Virus record (IMG/VR): IMGVR_UViG_3300020431_000005
Coordinates: 49,898 to 113,897 of that record
Direction: 5' to 3' (one strand)
Origin: a virus
Lineage: Duplodnaviria; Caudoviricetes
DNA length: 64,000 bases
The position numbers were made by a program, and so were the translations under genes. Within the stretch, counting starts at the first letter, position 1, and the number at the start of each line of letters is the position of its first letter. Positions 38,465 to 48,153 of this stretch are shown piece by piece. The notes beneath the pieces are model-generated. The model made no database searches, was not told the origin of the DNA, and saw only the letters and a program-made list of their open reading frames with translations.

Positions 38465-39666
38465 TGGCAAACATTAAACAGCTCAAGCACCTAGAGCACT
38501 TGGAAGATGAGATGCTGAACTACGGCGTCGATGGGTGTAAGGCAGCAGTATCATTTCTTAAAGAACTCCGCAAGATGTTGGGTCAGCAAGAGAGTGGTGG
38601 TTTTATGCAGACTAAGTGGGACGGTGCTCCTTCTGTTATCTGTGGTATGGATCCTCTCGCTGATATCTTTTTTGTGGGAACTAAGTCTGTATTTAATAAA
38701 GACACTCCTAAAATTTGTTATTCGGAAGAAGATGTTGACTCCATGTATAGTGGAGACCTCGCAGAAAAACTTAAGTTTTCATACAGGTATTTTAGTAAAC
38801 TTGGTATCAAGGGAGTTATCCAAGGAGATCTTCTTTACACTTCTGATATTAGAAAAGAAACTGTAGATGGAGAATTACTATACACTTTTAGACCTAACAC
38901 TATTACCTATGGTATTCCTGTAGATCATCCTATTGGTAAAGCAGCAGGTAAATCCAAGATTGGTGTAGTATTTCATACTCATTATCAGGGAACTGACTTG
39001 CCTACTATGCAAGCACTGGCAGGAGCTCCTGTCGATACTTATAATGATATTCCTGAAGTTTTACTTGTCAAAAATGATACTCCTATGGATAGGGTTGGGT
39101 TCTCTAGAGCAGAGATGTCTAAATTCAATAACTATATTTCAAAAATTGAACGTATGTGTGGCATCTGTGGTGATTTTTTAGATGAATTAGTTGCTAAGAC
39201 AGGTACTACTGGTGATTCTAAGTTCCACATCGCATCTTATCTAAAGCAGTTCTTTAATAATGAGATTAAGAATGCTCGTAGTATTGTCAGAATTGATGAG
39301 ACGATGTATGACATGCTTAACTTCTATGAAGAGAAAACAAATAAAGAACTTGCCAAAATTAAAACAGTTGCGAACCTGACTAAGAAGAGATCTCTTGTAT
39401 ATGATAGTCAGAACTACGTAGTAGATAATGTATACAAGTTTAAAGCAATGCTTACTCTGTATAAAGAACTCCAAGCAGTCAAGCAAATGGTTATAGATAA
39501 ACTGGACCACCTGGAAGAGTTTAGAACATTCGTTCAAACTGACAAGGGATATAAGGTTACAACTCCCGAAGGGTATGTCTTACATAAAGACGGTGATATG
39601 ATTAAGTTTGTCAACCGTATGGAGTTTGCTTACAATAACTTCACCCTACAGAAGCAATGGCGTTAA
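38464..39666 (+). CDS. Conserved cyanophage protein (DUF6267-like) with ligase-type nucleotidyltransferase motifs
   Basis: K51-W-D-G, IQGD122LLY, E369GYVL and MIK381FV in the order of ligase/capping-enzyme motifs I, III, IV, V. Confidence 0.6.
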   Translation: MANIKQLKHLEHLEDEMLNYGVDGCKAAVSFLKELRKMLGQQESGGFMQTKWDGAPSVICGMDPLADIFFVGTKSVFNKDTPKICYSEEDVDSMYSGDLAEKLKFSYRYFSKLGIKGVIQGDLLYTSDIRKETVDGELLYTFRPNTITYGIPVDHPIGKAAGKSKIGVVFHTHYQGTDLPTMQALAGAPVDTYNDIPEVLLVKNDTPMDRVGFSRAEMSKFNNYISKIERMCGICGDFLDELVAKTGTTGDSKFHIASYLKQFFNNEIKNARSIVRIDETMYDMLNFYEEKTNKELAKIKTVANLTKKRSLVYDSQNYVVDNVYKFKAMLTLYKELQAVKQMVIDKLDHLEEFRTFVQTDKGYKVTTPEGYVLHKDGDMIKFVNRMEFAYNNFTLQKQWR

Positions 39667-40220
39667 ATTGTAATACTTGCTACTTTACATTTGGTAGGTT
39701 TCAACCACCTACTACAGGACACAAAGATAACTTTGATGGGGTGAAACGTATCGCAGGTAGTCATGACTATCGGATCTATATTTCTCAAACATTTGATACT
39801 AAAGGTAAGAACCCCTTACCACCTGATCGTAAATTGTATTACATGAACTTGATGTTTCCAGAACATCGTGGTAAGATAATATCTGGACCCAAAGATCCTG
39901 TTGCTATTATGCAAGACTTAATGTTGGCAGGATATAATGAAGTTGTATTTTTAGTTGGATCTGATCGTGTTAGTGCGATGCAGTTCTTACACAGATACAA
40001 TGGCAAAGACTTCTCGTTCAGAAAGATCGAGATACAATCTTCTGGTAGCAGAGATGCTGATGGAGATACCTTTGCTATTTCTGGAACGAAGATGAGACGT
40101 GCGGCATTTGCTGACGACTTTAAAACATTTCGTTCTGGTATTCCCAGAGCATTGAATGATAAACAGTGCCAGAAAATGATGGAAGAGATACAATCAAATC
40201 TACCTGCGAATTTTAAATGA
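39657..40220 (+). CDS. HxGH-superfamily nucleotidyltransferase (cytidyltransferase-like)
   Basis: FGRFQPPTTGH, KNPL, VGSDR, ISGTKMR. Confidence 0.85.
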   Translation: MALNCNTCYFTFGRFQPPTTGHKDNFDGVKRIAGSHDYRIYISQTFDTKGKNPLPPDRKLYYMNLMFPEHRGKIISGPKDPVAIMQDLMLAGYNEVVFLVGSDRVSAMQFLHRYNGKDFSFRKIEIQSSGSRDADGDTFAISGTKMRRAAFADDFKTFRSGIPRALNDKQCQKMMEEIQSNLPANFK

Positions 40221-40474
40221 AAGATTTCAAGAAACTACGAGAAGAAGCACTGCGGCAACAACAGAGGCAGGAAGAAATATTCAAAGAAGGTGATGCTGTT
40301 ATGTCATCACGTACAGGAGAGAAAGGACATCTCCATAGAGTAGGTGGAAACTATGCTATAGTAATTTCTGAAGAAGGTAATATGTTTAGAGAGTGGATTA
40401 GGAATATTAGATCTATAAATAATACGAGAAGAACCTCCTTGTTAAACGATGAAGTATCAGAAGACAGTCAATAG
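40217..40474 (+). CDS. Hypothetical (SH3/KOW-like), CTS-like N-terminus
   Basis: MKDFKKLREE start; IFKEGDAV...G....G.NY. Confidence 0.6.
   Translation: MKDFKKLREEALRQQQRQEEIFKEGDAVMSSRTGEKGHLHRVGGNYAIVISEEGNMFREWIRNIRSINNTRRTSLLNDEVSEDSQ
40414..40421 (+). promoter_or_regulatory. Late promoter
   Basis: Exact TATAAATA before ORF 40449. Confidence 0.7.
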
Positions 40475-41003
40475 CGTTAACAACAATGACGAGTTTTCGT
40501 CTGGGTTGATGGAAGCATACGGTAAATGGATGGGTGGAGATACCTTCCAGAATACTACCATCAGCGAAGCAGCATTTGATGGTATGCCACAGCAGTCCAA
40601 TGGTGCTGAAATTGAAGACACTACAATAAAAGCAAAGAAAGCAAAGAAAACGGTCAAGAAAGAAGAAGTAGAAGTTCTTGAGCGTGAAGAGTATGAGATC
40701 GATGGCGAGATTTATGTCATCGAGAAAGTAAAGATGGATGGCGTTGATGACAACGGCAACACCTCATGCTGGAAAGGATATAAGAAGCAAGGCACCAAGA
40801 AGAAAGGTGGTAAAGAAGTTAACAACTGTGTAAAAGCAGGCGTTGAGTATGAAGGTAATGAGCTTACAGAAAAGAAACTTGACCCCGTTGGTAAAGCAGA
40901 TGCTGACATCGACAATGACGGTGATGTAGATAAGTCTGACAAGTATCTCCACATGCGTCGTAAGAAGGTCTCCAAGATCATTGGTATGTCAAAGAAAAAA
41001 TGA
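40449..41003 (+). CDS. Modular hypothetical, probable internal head protein
   Basis: CWKGYKKQGTKKKGGKEVNNCVK module and a DxDxDG-type loop DIDNDGDVDKSD. Confidence 0.65.
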   Translation: MKYQKTVNSVNNNDEFSSGLMEAYGKWMGGDTFQNTTISEAAFDGMPQQSNGAEIEDTTIKAKKAKKTVKKEEVEVLEREEYEIDGEIYVIEKVKMDGVDDNGNTSCWKGYKKQGTKKKGGKEVNNCVKAGVEYEGNELTEKKLDPVGKADADIDNDGDVDKSDKYLHMRRKKVSKIIGMSKKK

Positions 41004-41329
41004 AAACATTTAGACAACTCCGCGAAGAGTGCGATTGTAAAGATAAGGAACGTAAAGGTAAGAAGAAAAAATCTACCATAGAAATCATGCCTGTTGTCAA
41101 CGATGGCAAGAAAGGCATGGTTACTAAACCTACTAATGAATCAGTATTTGCTGGTAATTATCAGGGACCATTGTATGCTCCTCATCCTGACCTTGTTAAA
41201 AAAGTTAAGAAAGAATCATTTGAAGGTGGCGTAGCAAAAGCAAGAAAAGACTACCGTTCTGGAACACTTTTAAATTTTAAACAGTTCATGTCAAAATTGA
41301 CAGACATTTTAGACGAGTGGGAGAAATAA
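41000..41329 (+). CDS. Hypothetical with CTS-like N-terminus
   Basis: MKTFRQLREE start. Confidence 0.6.
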   Translation: MKTFRQLREECDCKDKERKGKKKKSTIEIMPVVNDGKKGMVTKPTNESVFAGNYQGPLYAPHPDLVKKVKKESFEGGVAKARKDYRSGTLLNFKQFMSKLTDILDEWEK

Positions 41330-41356
41330 ATAGTTCATGCTCTATGACATGAACCA

Positions 41357-41560
41357 ATGTTATCCTTTCTACTTCCACTAGCATCCAAAATTATTTCTGA
41401 TGCTGTTAATAAAATTCCAGAAAATGAAGAACTGGGCGAGAAACTTGTTGAGATCTGTCTTGCTATTCTTGCTAAAGCAGTTAAGTTAACTAAGACTGAC
41501 ATGGACGATCAACTCTTGGAAGTTGTATCGAAAGCGATTGCTGCTCGCAAAGATTCCTGA
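41357..41560 (+). CDS. Hypothetical protein
   Basis: 67 aa, ...KLTKTDMDDQLLE; AATAAATA upstream. Confidence 0.65.
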   Translation: MLSFLLPLASKIISDAVNKIPENEELGEKLVEICLAILAKAVKLTKTDMDDQLLEVVSKAIAARKDS

Positions 41561-41563
41561 GAA

Positions 41564-41571
41564 TATAAATA
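41564..41571 (+). promoter_or_regulatory. Late promoter
   Basis: Exact TATAAATA. Confidence 0.7.
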
Positions 41572-41600
41572 ACCATTAGGAAAATAAACGCTGAATAAAC

Positions 41601-42218
41601 ATGTCTCTATACGGAAGAACTGACAGCAATGCAAATAAAACCAAAGCTGGTGTAGGCATTGCAGCGTCAAGTCAAGCAAAAACTACAGTCTTCGTTGACG
41701 AGACTGAAGCACAACTAAACGAAACCAGGTCTCGTGGTATCACTGGTCCTGGTTGGTGGTCTTATTTCACCTATACTGATTCTTCTGGCGCAACCCGTCA
41801 TAAGGCAGAGCAATTGATTGTTGTTGCTAACCCTGATCTCAACTCTAACGAGACTCAATCAGATGACACTATCGCATCAGACGTTGCGTCCGCAGTAACA
41901 ATTACTGTTCAACCTGCTAACTCCACATCTTCCTCTGGTGCTGGTACTTACACCCTCACCACTACGACAACAGGAACACCTGGAACACTTGCATATCAGT
42001 GGCAGCGTCAGACAGCAACTGGTAAGCGTTGGGTCAACATCGCTGCTGGTACAGACACAGGTATTACTTATGCAGACTTCACGACAGCAACTCTTGCTTA
42101 CAGTGGTCTCGCTGGCGATACTCTGGACGGTAATAAGTTTAGAGTCAAGATCACCTCTGCGGGTGGTACTGAAGAAGTAATGTCTGACGGTGCGGCAACA
42201 CTAACCTTCGGAAGTTGA
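41601..42218 (+). CDS. Virion decoration protein with C-terminal Ig-like domain
   Basis: GWW..TYTD.SG.TRHKAE.L N-domain; ITVQP...YQWQ...DGNKFRV.ITS Ig-like pattern. Confidence 0.7.
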   Translation: MSLYGRTDSNANKTKAGVGIAASSQAKTTVFVDETEAQLNETRSRGITGPGWWSYFTYTDSSGATRHKAEQLIVVANPDLNSNETQSDDTIASDVASAVTITVQPANSTSSSGAGTYTLTTTTTGTPGTLAYQWQRQTATGKRWVNIAAGTDTGITYADFTTATLAYSGLAGDTLDGNKFRVKITSAGGTEEVMSDGAATLTFGS

Positions 42219-42221
42219 TGA

Positions 42222-42575
42222 ATGAACTTCGATGAATTGACGCCAGACAACTGGCTCTTCTTTGCTATTCAAAATTATAACAACCCGTCGTCAGTAACTT
42301 ATAGTGATTTTGAAGAAGACTTAAAGAGATTTAAGTATATCAAAAGATTGCTAAAGCGATATGAGACGACGGGTGAATTAAAAACACATCTTATTTTAAA
42401 TCATATCATTGTATTATATAATGTGTTTGGTGATGCAGCAACTCCGTTGTTGTTTTACAAGACAGAAGCGACATATTGGCGACAAATTACTGCTTTCATG
42501 TTGTTTCTAAATAGATTACCACCTAACTTTACTGATGCTGACGAAGAATGTCTAAAAAGTCTGAATCTAATTTAA
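42222..42575 (+). CDS. Conserved T4-like hypothetical
   Basis: FEEDLKRFKYIKRLL...LILNHIIVLYNVFG. Confidence 0.75.
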   Translation: MNFDELTPDNWLFFAIQNYNNPSSVTYSDFEEDLKRFKYIKRLLKRYETTGELKTHLILNHIIVLYNVFGDAATPLLFYKTEATYWRQITAFMLFLNRLPPNFTDADEECLKSLNLI

Positions 42576-43255
42576 ATGAAATGGTAGCAGGAGACGGTTC
42601 TGGTCTTCAATTGCCACCTGCTTTTGTTATGGTGAATCCTAGACAGCACCGTAAGTATAAAAAGAACAACCAAGATAAAGTTGATGGGCGCACATCAGGC
42701 GCTCGCACTCTCTTCGATCGTATACAAAAAAGAAAAATGAAAGAACAAGTAGAATCACAAATTGATGAAGCTATTGTGTCCGATACAGAGAGGGCACAGA
42801 AGTCTATCCAACAGGGTAAGAAACTGAATCGCCAAAAAGATATGCAGAAAAAGCGTAAAGAGGCGAAAGAAAAAATGATGAATAAGTCTGGTGAGATGGA
42901 TACTCTCATGAAGGCACGTATGTCTGACTTTAAAAAGAAGGCAAAGGACCAAGAAAAGAAAGTCCAAAAAAATTCTTATGAACCCACAGGTGAAATTATG
43001 ACTGAAAATCAAGATGTAGTTCAAGTTGCATTAGACGTTGCGACATCAGAACTTAATCCACAAGGCGAAGGATCATTTGCTAAGGTACAATTTGGCGATG
43101 GATCTACACAGAACCTTGATAACTTCTCAGCAAAACGTATTGCTGCTTGTTATGCTCAATTGGATGATTCTCATAAGCAACAGTTTCAGTATCTGCTGAA
43201 CAAAGATGCTTCTTCATATCAAACAGCACTCAATTTCGCAGTAAGGAACGTTTAA
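42548..43255 (+). CDS. Hypothetical, probable internal head protein
   Basis: Lys-rich coiled segment; LNE/IDE/MTE putative gp21 cleavage motifs. Confidence 0.6.
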   Translation: MSKKSESNLNEMVAGDGSGLQLPPAFVMVNPRQHRKYKKNNQDKVDGRTSGARTLFDRIQKRKMKEQVESQIDEAIVSDTERAQKSIQQGKKLNRQKDMQKKRKEAKEKMMNKSGEMDTLMKARMSDFKKKAKDQEKKVQKNSYEPTGEIMTENQDVVQVALDVATSELNPQGEGSFAKVQFGDGSTQNLDNFSAKRIAACYAQLDDSHKQQFQYLLNKDASSYQTALNFAVRNV

Positions 43256-43257
43256 GT

Positions 43258-43674
43258 ATGGCACTTGGTCTTGGTAGATTAGCAGTATTAGAATCAAAAC
43301 TCGATATTTATGAAGACCTCTCGAAAGAGATGCTTGACAAGCTCGAAAGAGCAGTTGGAACAATCTCGGAAAACAGCAACAGAGTTGCTGTAATCTTGGA
43401 GCGCCACGAAAATCGTTTGGATGAATCTGAACGTGCCGATAAACTCATCATCGGTATGCTAGAAGAGATGAAGGAAAGGCATACAAAAGATATGGAGATG
43501 ATGCACGAGAGAATTGGCAAGGTCCAAAAGAAAACAGAAAGCAATGCTAAGTTTGTCATTGCTACCTCTGCTGTCTTGACAACCCTTGTGACAGTATTAC
43601 AAGTGTTCCCTCCTGTCTTCAAATTGTTGACACCACAAGTAAACGCTGCTATTATAGGACCAGCGAATCCTTAG
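43258..43674 (+). CDS. Coiled-coil protein with C-terminal TM helix
   Basis: Heptad region followed by FVIATSAVLTTLVTVLQVF. Confidence 0.65.
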   Translation: MALGLGRLAVLESKLDIYEDLSKEMLDKLERAVGTISENSNRVAVILERHENRLDESERADKLIIGMLEEMKERHTKDMEMMHERIGKVQKKTESNAKFVIATSAVLTTLVTVLQVFPPVFKLLTPQVNAAIIGPANP

Positions 43675-43680
43675 TAATGA

Positions 43681-44670
43681 ATGTCATTTATTGACGTAAA
43701 GTATATACAACTAGTATCCTCTCGCTTGACTCTTTTCAGTCGCAAGAAGGCAGACCTGTATAATTTCAGGTGTCCTTACTGTGGTGACTCACAGAAGAGA
43801 AAGAATAAAGCGAGAGGATATTTTTTTAAGATTAAGAATACTTTTGTATATAAGTGCCATAACTGTGGAGTTGGCAAAACACTTGCTAATTTTTTAAAGG
43901 ATCAAGATACTCTTCTTCATGACCAATATGTCATGGAGAAATTTAAAGATGGTGGAACTGGTAAGGGAACTACAGTACCCAATCCTAAGTTTGAATTCAA
44001 AGCGCCAAAATTTGCAAAGAAAGATACAAATCTTGAAAAGATTTCTTCGCTAAATATATCTCACCCGGCAAGAGAATATCTTGAGAACCGAGGGATCAAA
44101 GATCTAGATTACTTCTACTATTGTCCCAAGTTTAAGGCTTGGACAAATGAGCAAAAGAAGATGTTTGATACTCTTAGACAAGATAGTGCTCGCATTATCA
44201 TTCCATTCCGAGACAAAGAAGGTAACCTGTTTGGATACCAAGGCAGATCGCTCGCCCCTAAGGCAAAACTAAGATATATCACGATCATGCTAGACGAAGA
44301 ACACCCAAAGATCTTCGGACTGGATAAAATAAAAGACGACAAACCTGTTTACATTGTGGAAGGACCATTCGATGCCACCTTCCTCAGTAATTCTGTTGCT
44401 ATGGCAGGATCAGATGCTGATGTTAGAACCTTTGGTTGGAACAATTACATCTGGGTATTTGATAATGAACCACGCAACAAAGAAATCGTCAATCGAATCT
44501 CTAAAGTTATTAGCAAAGGAGATAAGGTAGTCATTTGGCCAAAGAAGATACAGGAAAAGGACATAAATGACATGTTCCTTGCTGGACACGACGTTCAAAC
44601 CATGGTAGACTCTAATGTCTATGGTGGACTAGAAGCAACCCTTAAATTAAACGACTGGAAGAAAGTATGA
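43681..44670 (+). CDS. gp61: DNA primase gp61
   Basis: NFRCPYCGDS...CHNC zinc finger; TOPRIM VEGPFDA, FDNEPRN. Confidence 0.96.
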   Translation: MSFIDVKYIQLVSSRLTLFSRKKADLYNFRCPYCGDSQKRKNKARGYFFKIKNTFVYKCHNCGVGKTLANFLKDQDTLLHDQYVMEKFKDGGTGKGTTVPNPKFEFKAPKFAKKDTNLEKISSLNISHPAREYLENRGIKDLDYFYYCPKFKAWTNEQKKMFDTLRQDSARIIIPFRDKEGNLFGYQGRSLAPKAKLRYITIMLDEEHPKIFGLDKIKDDKPVYIVEGPFDATFLSNSVAMAGSDADVRTFGWNNYIWVFDNEPRNKEIVNRISKVISKGDKVVIWPKKIQEKDINDMFLAGHDVQTMVDSNVYGGLEATLKLNDWKKV

Positions 44671-46988
44671 CAAACGGACACGGTATCAAAGTAAAGAAGC
44701 GTAATGGCGCTGTAGAGGGTTTGAACCTTGATAAGATCCATAAGATGGTAGAAGAGGCATGTGAGGGTCTAGGGAGCGGTGTGAGTGCCTCTCAGGTAGA
44801 GATGAACTCTGGTCTCCAATTCTTTGATGGGATTCAGACAAGCGATATCCAAGAGATCCTTGTTCGCTCTGCTAGCGACTTGATTAGTTTGGATAATCCT
44901 AACTATCAATTTGTTGCTGCTCGATTACTTTTATTTGGAGTTCGTAAGCAAGTCTTTGGTCCTGATTGGATCAGAGGATACCCTACTGTGTTGGATCATG
45001 CAATAAAATGTGTCTCCAAAAGTGTGTATGATGATGGTATCTTGCGTAAATATACTCAAGAAGAGTGGAACAAGATTGATTCTTATATGGATCATGATCG
45101 CGATATGTTGTTTACTTACGCTGGTCTTCGCCAAGTAGTAGATAAGTATCTGGTTCAAGATCGTAGCTGTGGCGAAATGTATGAGACTCCTCAATACATG
45201 TACATGATGATTGCGACAACTCTTTTTCAAAATTATCCTACGGAGACTAGACTGGATTATGTCAGACGATACTACAACGCAATCAGCAAGCACAAAATCA
45301 ACATCCCAACGCCAATCATGGCGGGAGTTCGGACACCGCTCCGTCAATTTGCATCTTGTGTTCTCGTTGATGCTGATGACTCCCTCGATAGTATCTTTAG
45401 CAGCGATATGGCTATTGGTAGGTATGTCGCACAGAGGGCTGGTATCGGTATTAACGCAGGCAGAGTTCGTGGCATCAATTCTAAAATTAGAGGCGGCGAG
45501 GTACAACACACAGGCGTTGTCCCCTTCCTTAAAAAGTTTGAAGCAACTGTCAGATGCTGTACACAAAACGGCATCAGAGGTGGTTCTGCTACAGTTCACT
45601 TTCCTATCTGGCACCAGGAAATAGAAGACATTATTGTTCTTAAGAATAATAAAGGAACAGAAGACAATCGAGTGAGGAAACTTGACTACTCAATCCAAAT
45701 TTCAAAAATTTTCTACGAGCGTTTCATTGCGAATGGAGAAATTAGCTTGTTCTCACCGCATGACGTACCGGGTCTGTATGATTCCTTTGGTACTGACAGG
45801 TTCGATGATTTATATGTGGGGTTTGAACGAGATGAGTCTGTTCCAAGAAAGACTATCGGGGCGCAGGAACTTATCCTAGATATTCTAAAGGAGAGAGCAG
45901 AGACTGGTCGGTTATATCTTATGAATATCGATCACTGTAATGCACATTCTTCTTTTAAAGACAAGGTTTACATGAGTAATCTTTGTCAAGAGATCACACT
46001 TCCAACAAAACCACTTCAGCATATCGATGACCCTAATGGTGAGATTGCTTTGTGTATCTTATCTGCTGTTAACGTAGGTAAGGTATCAAAGAAAGATGAA
46101 CTGGAAGAAATTTGTGATCTTGCTGTTCGTGGTCTGGAAGAACTGGTAGATTATCAGGAGTATCCAGTAGAAGCAGCAGAATTGAGCACTAAGAATCGTA
46201 GATCTCTTGGTATTGGTTATATCGGACTCGCACATTACCTAGCAAAAAATGGAGAACACTACGATGACCCAGGAGCATGGAAACTCGTCCACGACTTGTC
46301 TGAATCTTTCCAATATTACTTGCTCAAGTCAAGTAACGCCATCGCTAAAGAGAAGGGCAAGTGTGGATATTTTGATCGAACCAAGTATGCAGACGGTATC
46401 CTCCCAATCGACACTTACAAGCGTGATATCGATGAGTTCTGTGGAACGGAATTGAGTCATGATTGGGAAAGTCTTAGAGAATCTATCATTACCTACGGTC
46501 TTAGGCACTCAACACTGTCCGCACAGATGCCTTCAGAGAGCAGTTCCGTTGTGTCAAATGCCACCAACGGAATCGAACCACCTAGAGGATATCTGTCCAC
46601 TAAAAAGTCCAAGAAAGGACCACTCAAACAGATCGTTCCTCAGTATGGTACTCTCAAGAATAATTACACTCTTCTATGGGATATGAAAGGCAATGATGGA
46701 TACATTAAAATCGTTGCTGCTATGCAAAAGTTCTTTGATCAGGCAATTTCTGGCAACTGGAGTTATAATCCAGAGAACTATGACAATAATGAGGTTCCCG
46801 TATCTGTTATGGCAGGTGATTTCCTGAAAACATACAAGTATGGATGGAAAACTTCTTACTATCAAAACACATATGATAACAAAGATGATTTGTTAGATGT
46901 TATTGATGAAAAACCAAATCAAGTCCAAGATTTATTATCAGAAATTTTAGAAACCGAGGAGGATGACTGTGACAGTTGCAAAATTTAG
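44667..46988 (+). CDS. nrdA: Class Ia ribonucleotide reductase alpha subunit
   Basis: ATP cone, QFASCVL, SNLCQEI, MPSESSS, C-terminal CDSCKI. Confidence 0.97.
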   Translation: MTNGHGIKVKKRNGAVEGLNLDKIHKMVEEACEGLGSGVSASQVEMNSGLQFFDGIQTSDIQEILVRSASDLISLDNPNYQFVAARLLLFGVRKQVFGPDWIRGYPTVLDHAIKCVSKSVYDDGILRKYTQEEWNKIDSYMDHDRDMLFTYAGLRQVVDKYLVQDRSCGEMYETPQYMYMMIATTLFQNYPTETRLDYVRRYYNAISKHKINIPTPIMAGVRTPLRQFASCVLVDADDSLDSIFSSDMAIGRYVAQRAGIGINAGRVRGINSKIRGGEVQHTGVVPFLKKFEATVRCCTQNGIRGGSATVHFPIWHQEIEDIIVLKNNKGTEDNRVRKLDYSIQISKIFYERFIANGEISLFSPHDVPGLYDSFGTDRFDDLYVGFERDESVPRKTIGAQELILDILKERAETGRLYLMNIDHCNAHSSFKDKVYMSNLCQEITLPTKPLQHIDDPNGEIALCILSAVNVGKVSKKDELEEICDLAVRGLEELVDYQEYPVEAAELSTKNRRSLGIGYIGLAHYLAKNGEHYDDPGAWKLVHDLSESFQYYLLKSSNAIAKEKGKCGYFDRTKYADGILPIDTYKRDIDEFCGTELSHDWESLRESIITYGLRHSTLSAQMPSESSSVVSNATNGIEPPRGYLSTKKSKKGPLKQIVPQYGTLKNNYTLLWDMKGNDGYIKIVAAMQKFFDQAISGNWSYNPENYDNNEVPVSVMAGDFLKTYKYGWKTSYYQNTYDNKDDLLDVIDEKPNQVQDLLSEILETEEDDCDSCKI

Positions 46989-48153
46989 GACATACAACCA
47001 AATGCGTAGTCAAGTAGATGGCATGACGGTATTCAATACGAGTATCGTTGACAGCACCAAGCAAAAGATGTTCTTTGGACCCCCTCTTGGGGTTCAGAGA
47101 TATGATAAGTTTAAGTATCCTGTGTTTGATAAACTTACACAGCAGCAACTAGGTTATTTCTGGCGTCCTGAAGAGGTATCTCTACAGAAAGATCGCGCTG
47201 ACTATCAAATTTTAAATGATGCACAGAAACACATCTTCACGTCAAACCTCAAGTATCAGATCCTCCTTGACTCCGTACAAGGTCGTGGTCCTGGCATGGC
47301 TTTCATGCCTTATTGCAGCCTACCCGAGCTTGAGGGTGCCATGAATATCTGGCAGACCATGGAGATGATCCATAGTCGCTCTTACACCCACATTATCAAG
47401 AATGTATACGCTGACCCTTCGGATGTCTTTGATAAAATTTTAGACGATGATAGGATTCTTGCTAGAGCACAGTCAGTTACTAGTGCTTATGATGAATTCT
47501 TACGGGCAGCACAAGAATGGGGTGCTGGAAACCAATGGGAACATGCTCTTGACGAAGTTCCAACAGCACAGATAGAACTTCGTGAACTCAAGCGTAAATT
47601 GTATCGTGCTGTAGTTAATGTCTATATTTTAGAAGGCATTCGTTTCTACGTATCATTTGCTTGTTCGTTTGCTTTTGGTGAACTCAAACTTCTAGAAGGA
47701 TCTGCTAAGATTATTGGTCTCATTGCTAGAGATGAGAGTCAACACATGACTATCACCAAGAACATTATCAAAAAATGGCTGGAAGGTGATGATCCTGAGA
47801 TGGTTGAGATTGCTAAGGAAGAGGAAGAGAATGTCTATCAGATGTTCCGTGAGTGTGTAGAAGAAGAGAAGTCTTGGGCAGAGTATTTGTTCAAGGATGG
47901 TTCTATCATTGGTTTGAATGATAAATTGCTTGCTAAGTATGTTGAGTGGACTGCTAATCGTCGTCTGAGATCTATTGGATTGAAAGCAATCTTTGATACT
48001 CCTATTAGCAACAACCCTCTACCATGGACAGAGCACTGGTTATCTTCTAAAGGTATGCAAGTTGCTCCTCAGGAAACAGAAGTAGAATCATATTTAATTG
48101 GGAGCATTAAGCAAGATGTTGAAAAAGATACGTTCGCTGGTTTTCAGTTGTGA
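46963..48153 (+). CDS. nrdB: Class Ia ribonucleotide reductase beta subunit
   Basis: FWRPEEV, LDSVQGR, EMIHSRSY, LEGIRFY, RDESQH, VAPQETE. Confidence 0.97.
   Translation: MTVTVAKFRTYNQMRSQVDGMTVFNTSIVDSTKQKMFFGPPLGVQRYDKFKYPVFDKLTQQQLGYFWRPEEVSLQKDRADYQILNDAQKHIFTSNLKYQILLDSVQGRGPGMAFMPYCSLPELEGAMNIWQTMEMIHSRSYTHIIKNVYADPSDVFDKILDDDRILARAQSVTSAYDEFLRAAQEWGAGNQWEHALDEVPTAQIELRELKRKLYRAVVNVYILEGIRFYVSFACSFAFGELKLLEGSAKIIGLIARDESQHMTITKNIIKKWLEGDDPEMVEIAKEEEENVYQMFRECVEEEKSWAEYLFKDGSIIGLNDKLLAKYVEWTANRRLRSIGLKAIFDTPISNNPLPWTEHWLSSKGMQVAPQETEVESYLIGSIKQDVEKDTFAGFQL

Noticed and set aside
44931-45614. 227-aa minus-strand ORF inside nrdA, and the many other minus-strand ORFs in the track
   Set aside because: Antisense shadows of conserved + strand genes with no recognisable motifs; the window is otherwise uniformly + strand
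31657-48153. Introns or inteins in gp43, gp41, nrdA, nrdB
   Set aside because: All are continuous ORFs of ordinary length with no visible intein or intron insertions
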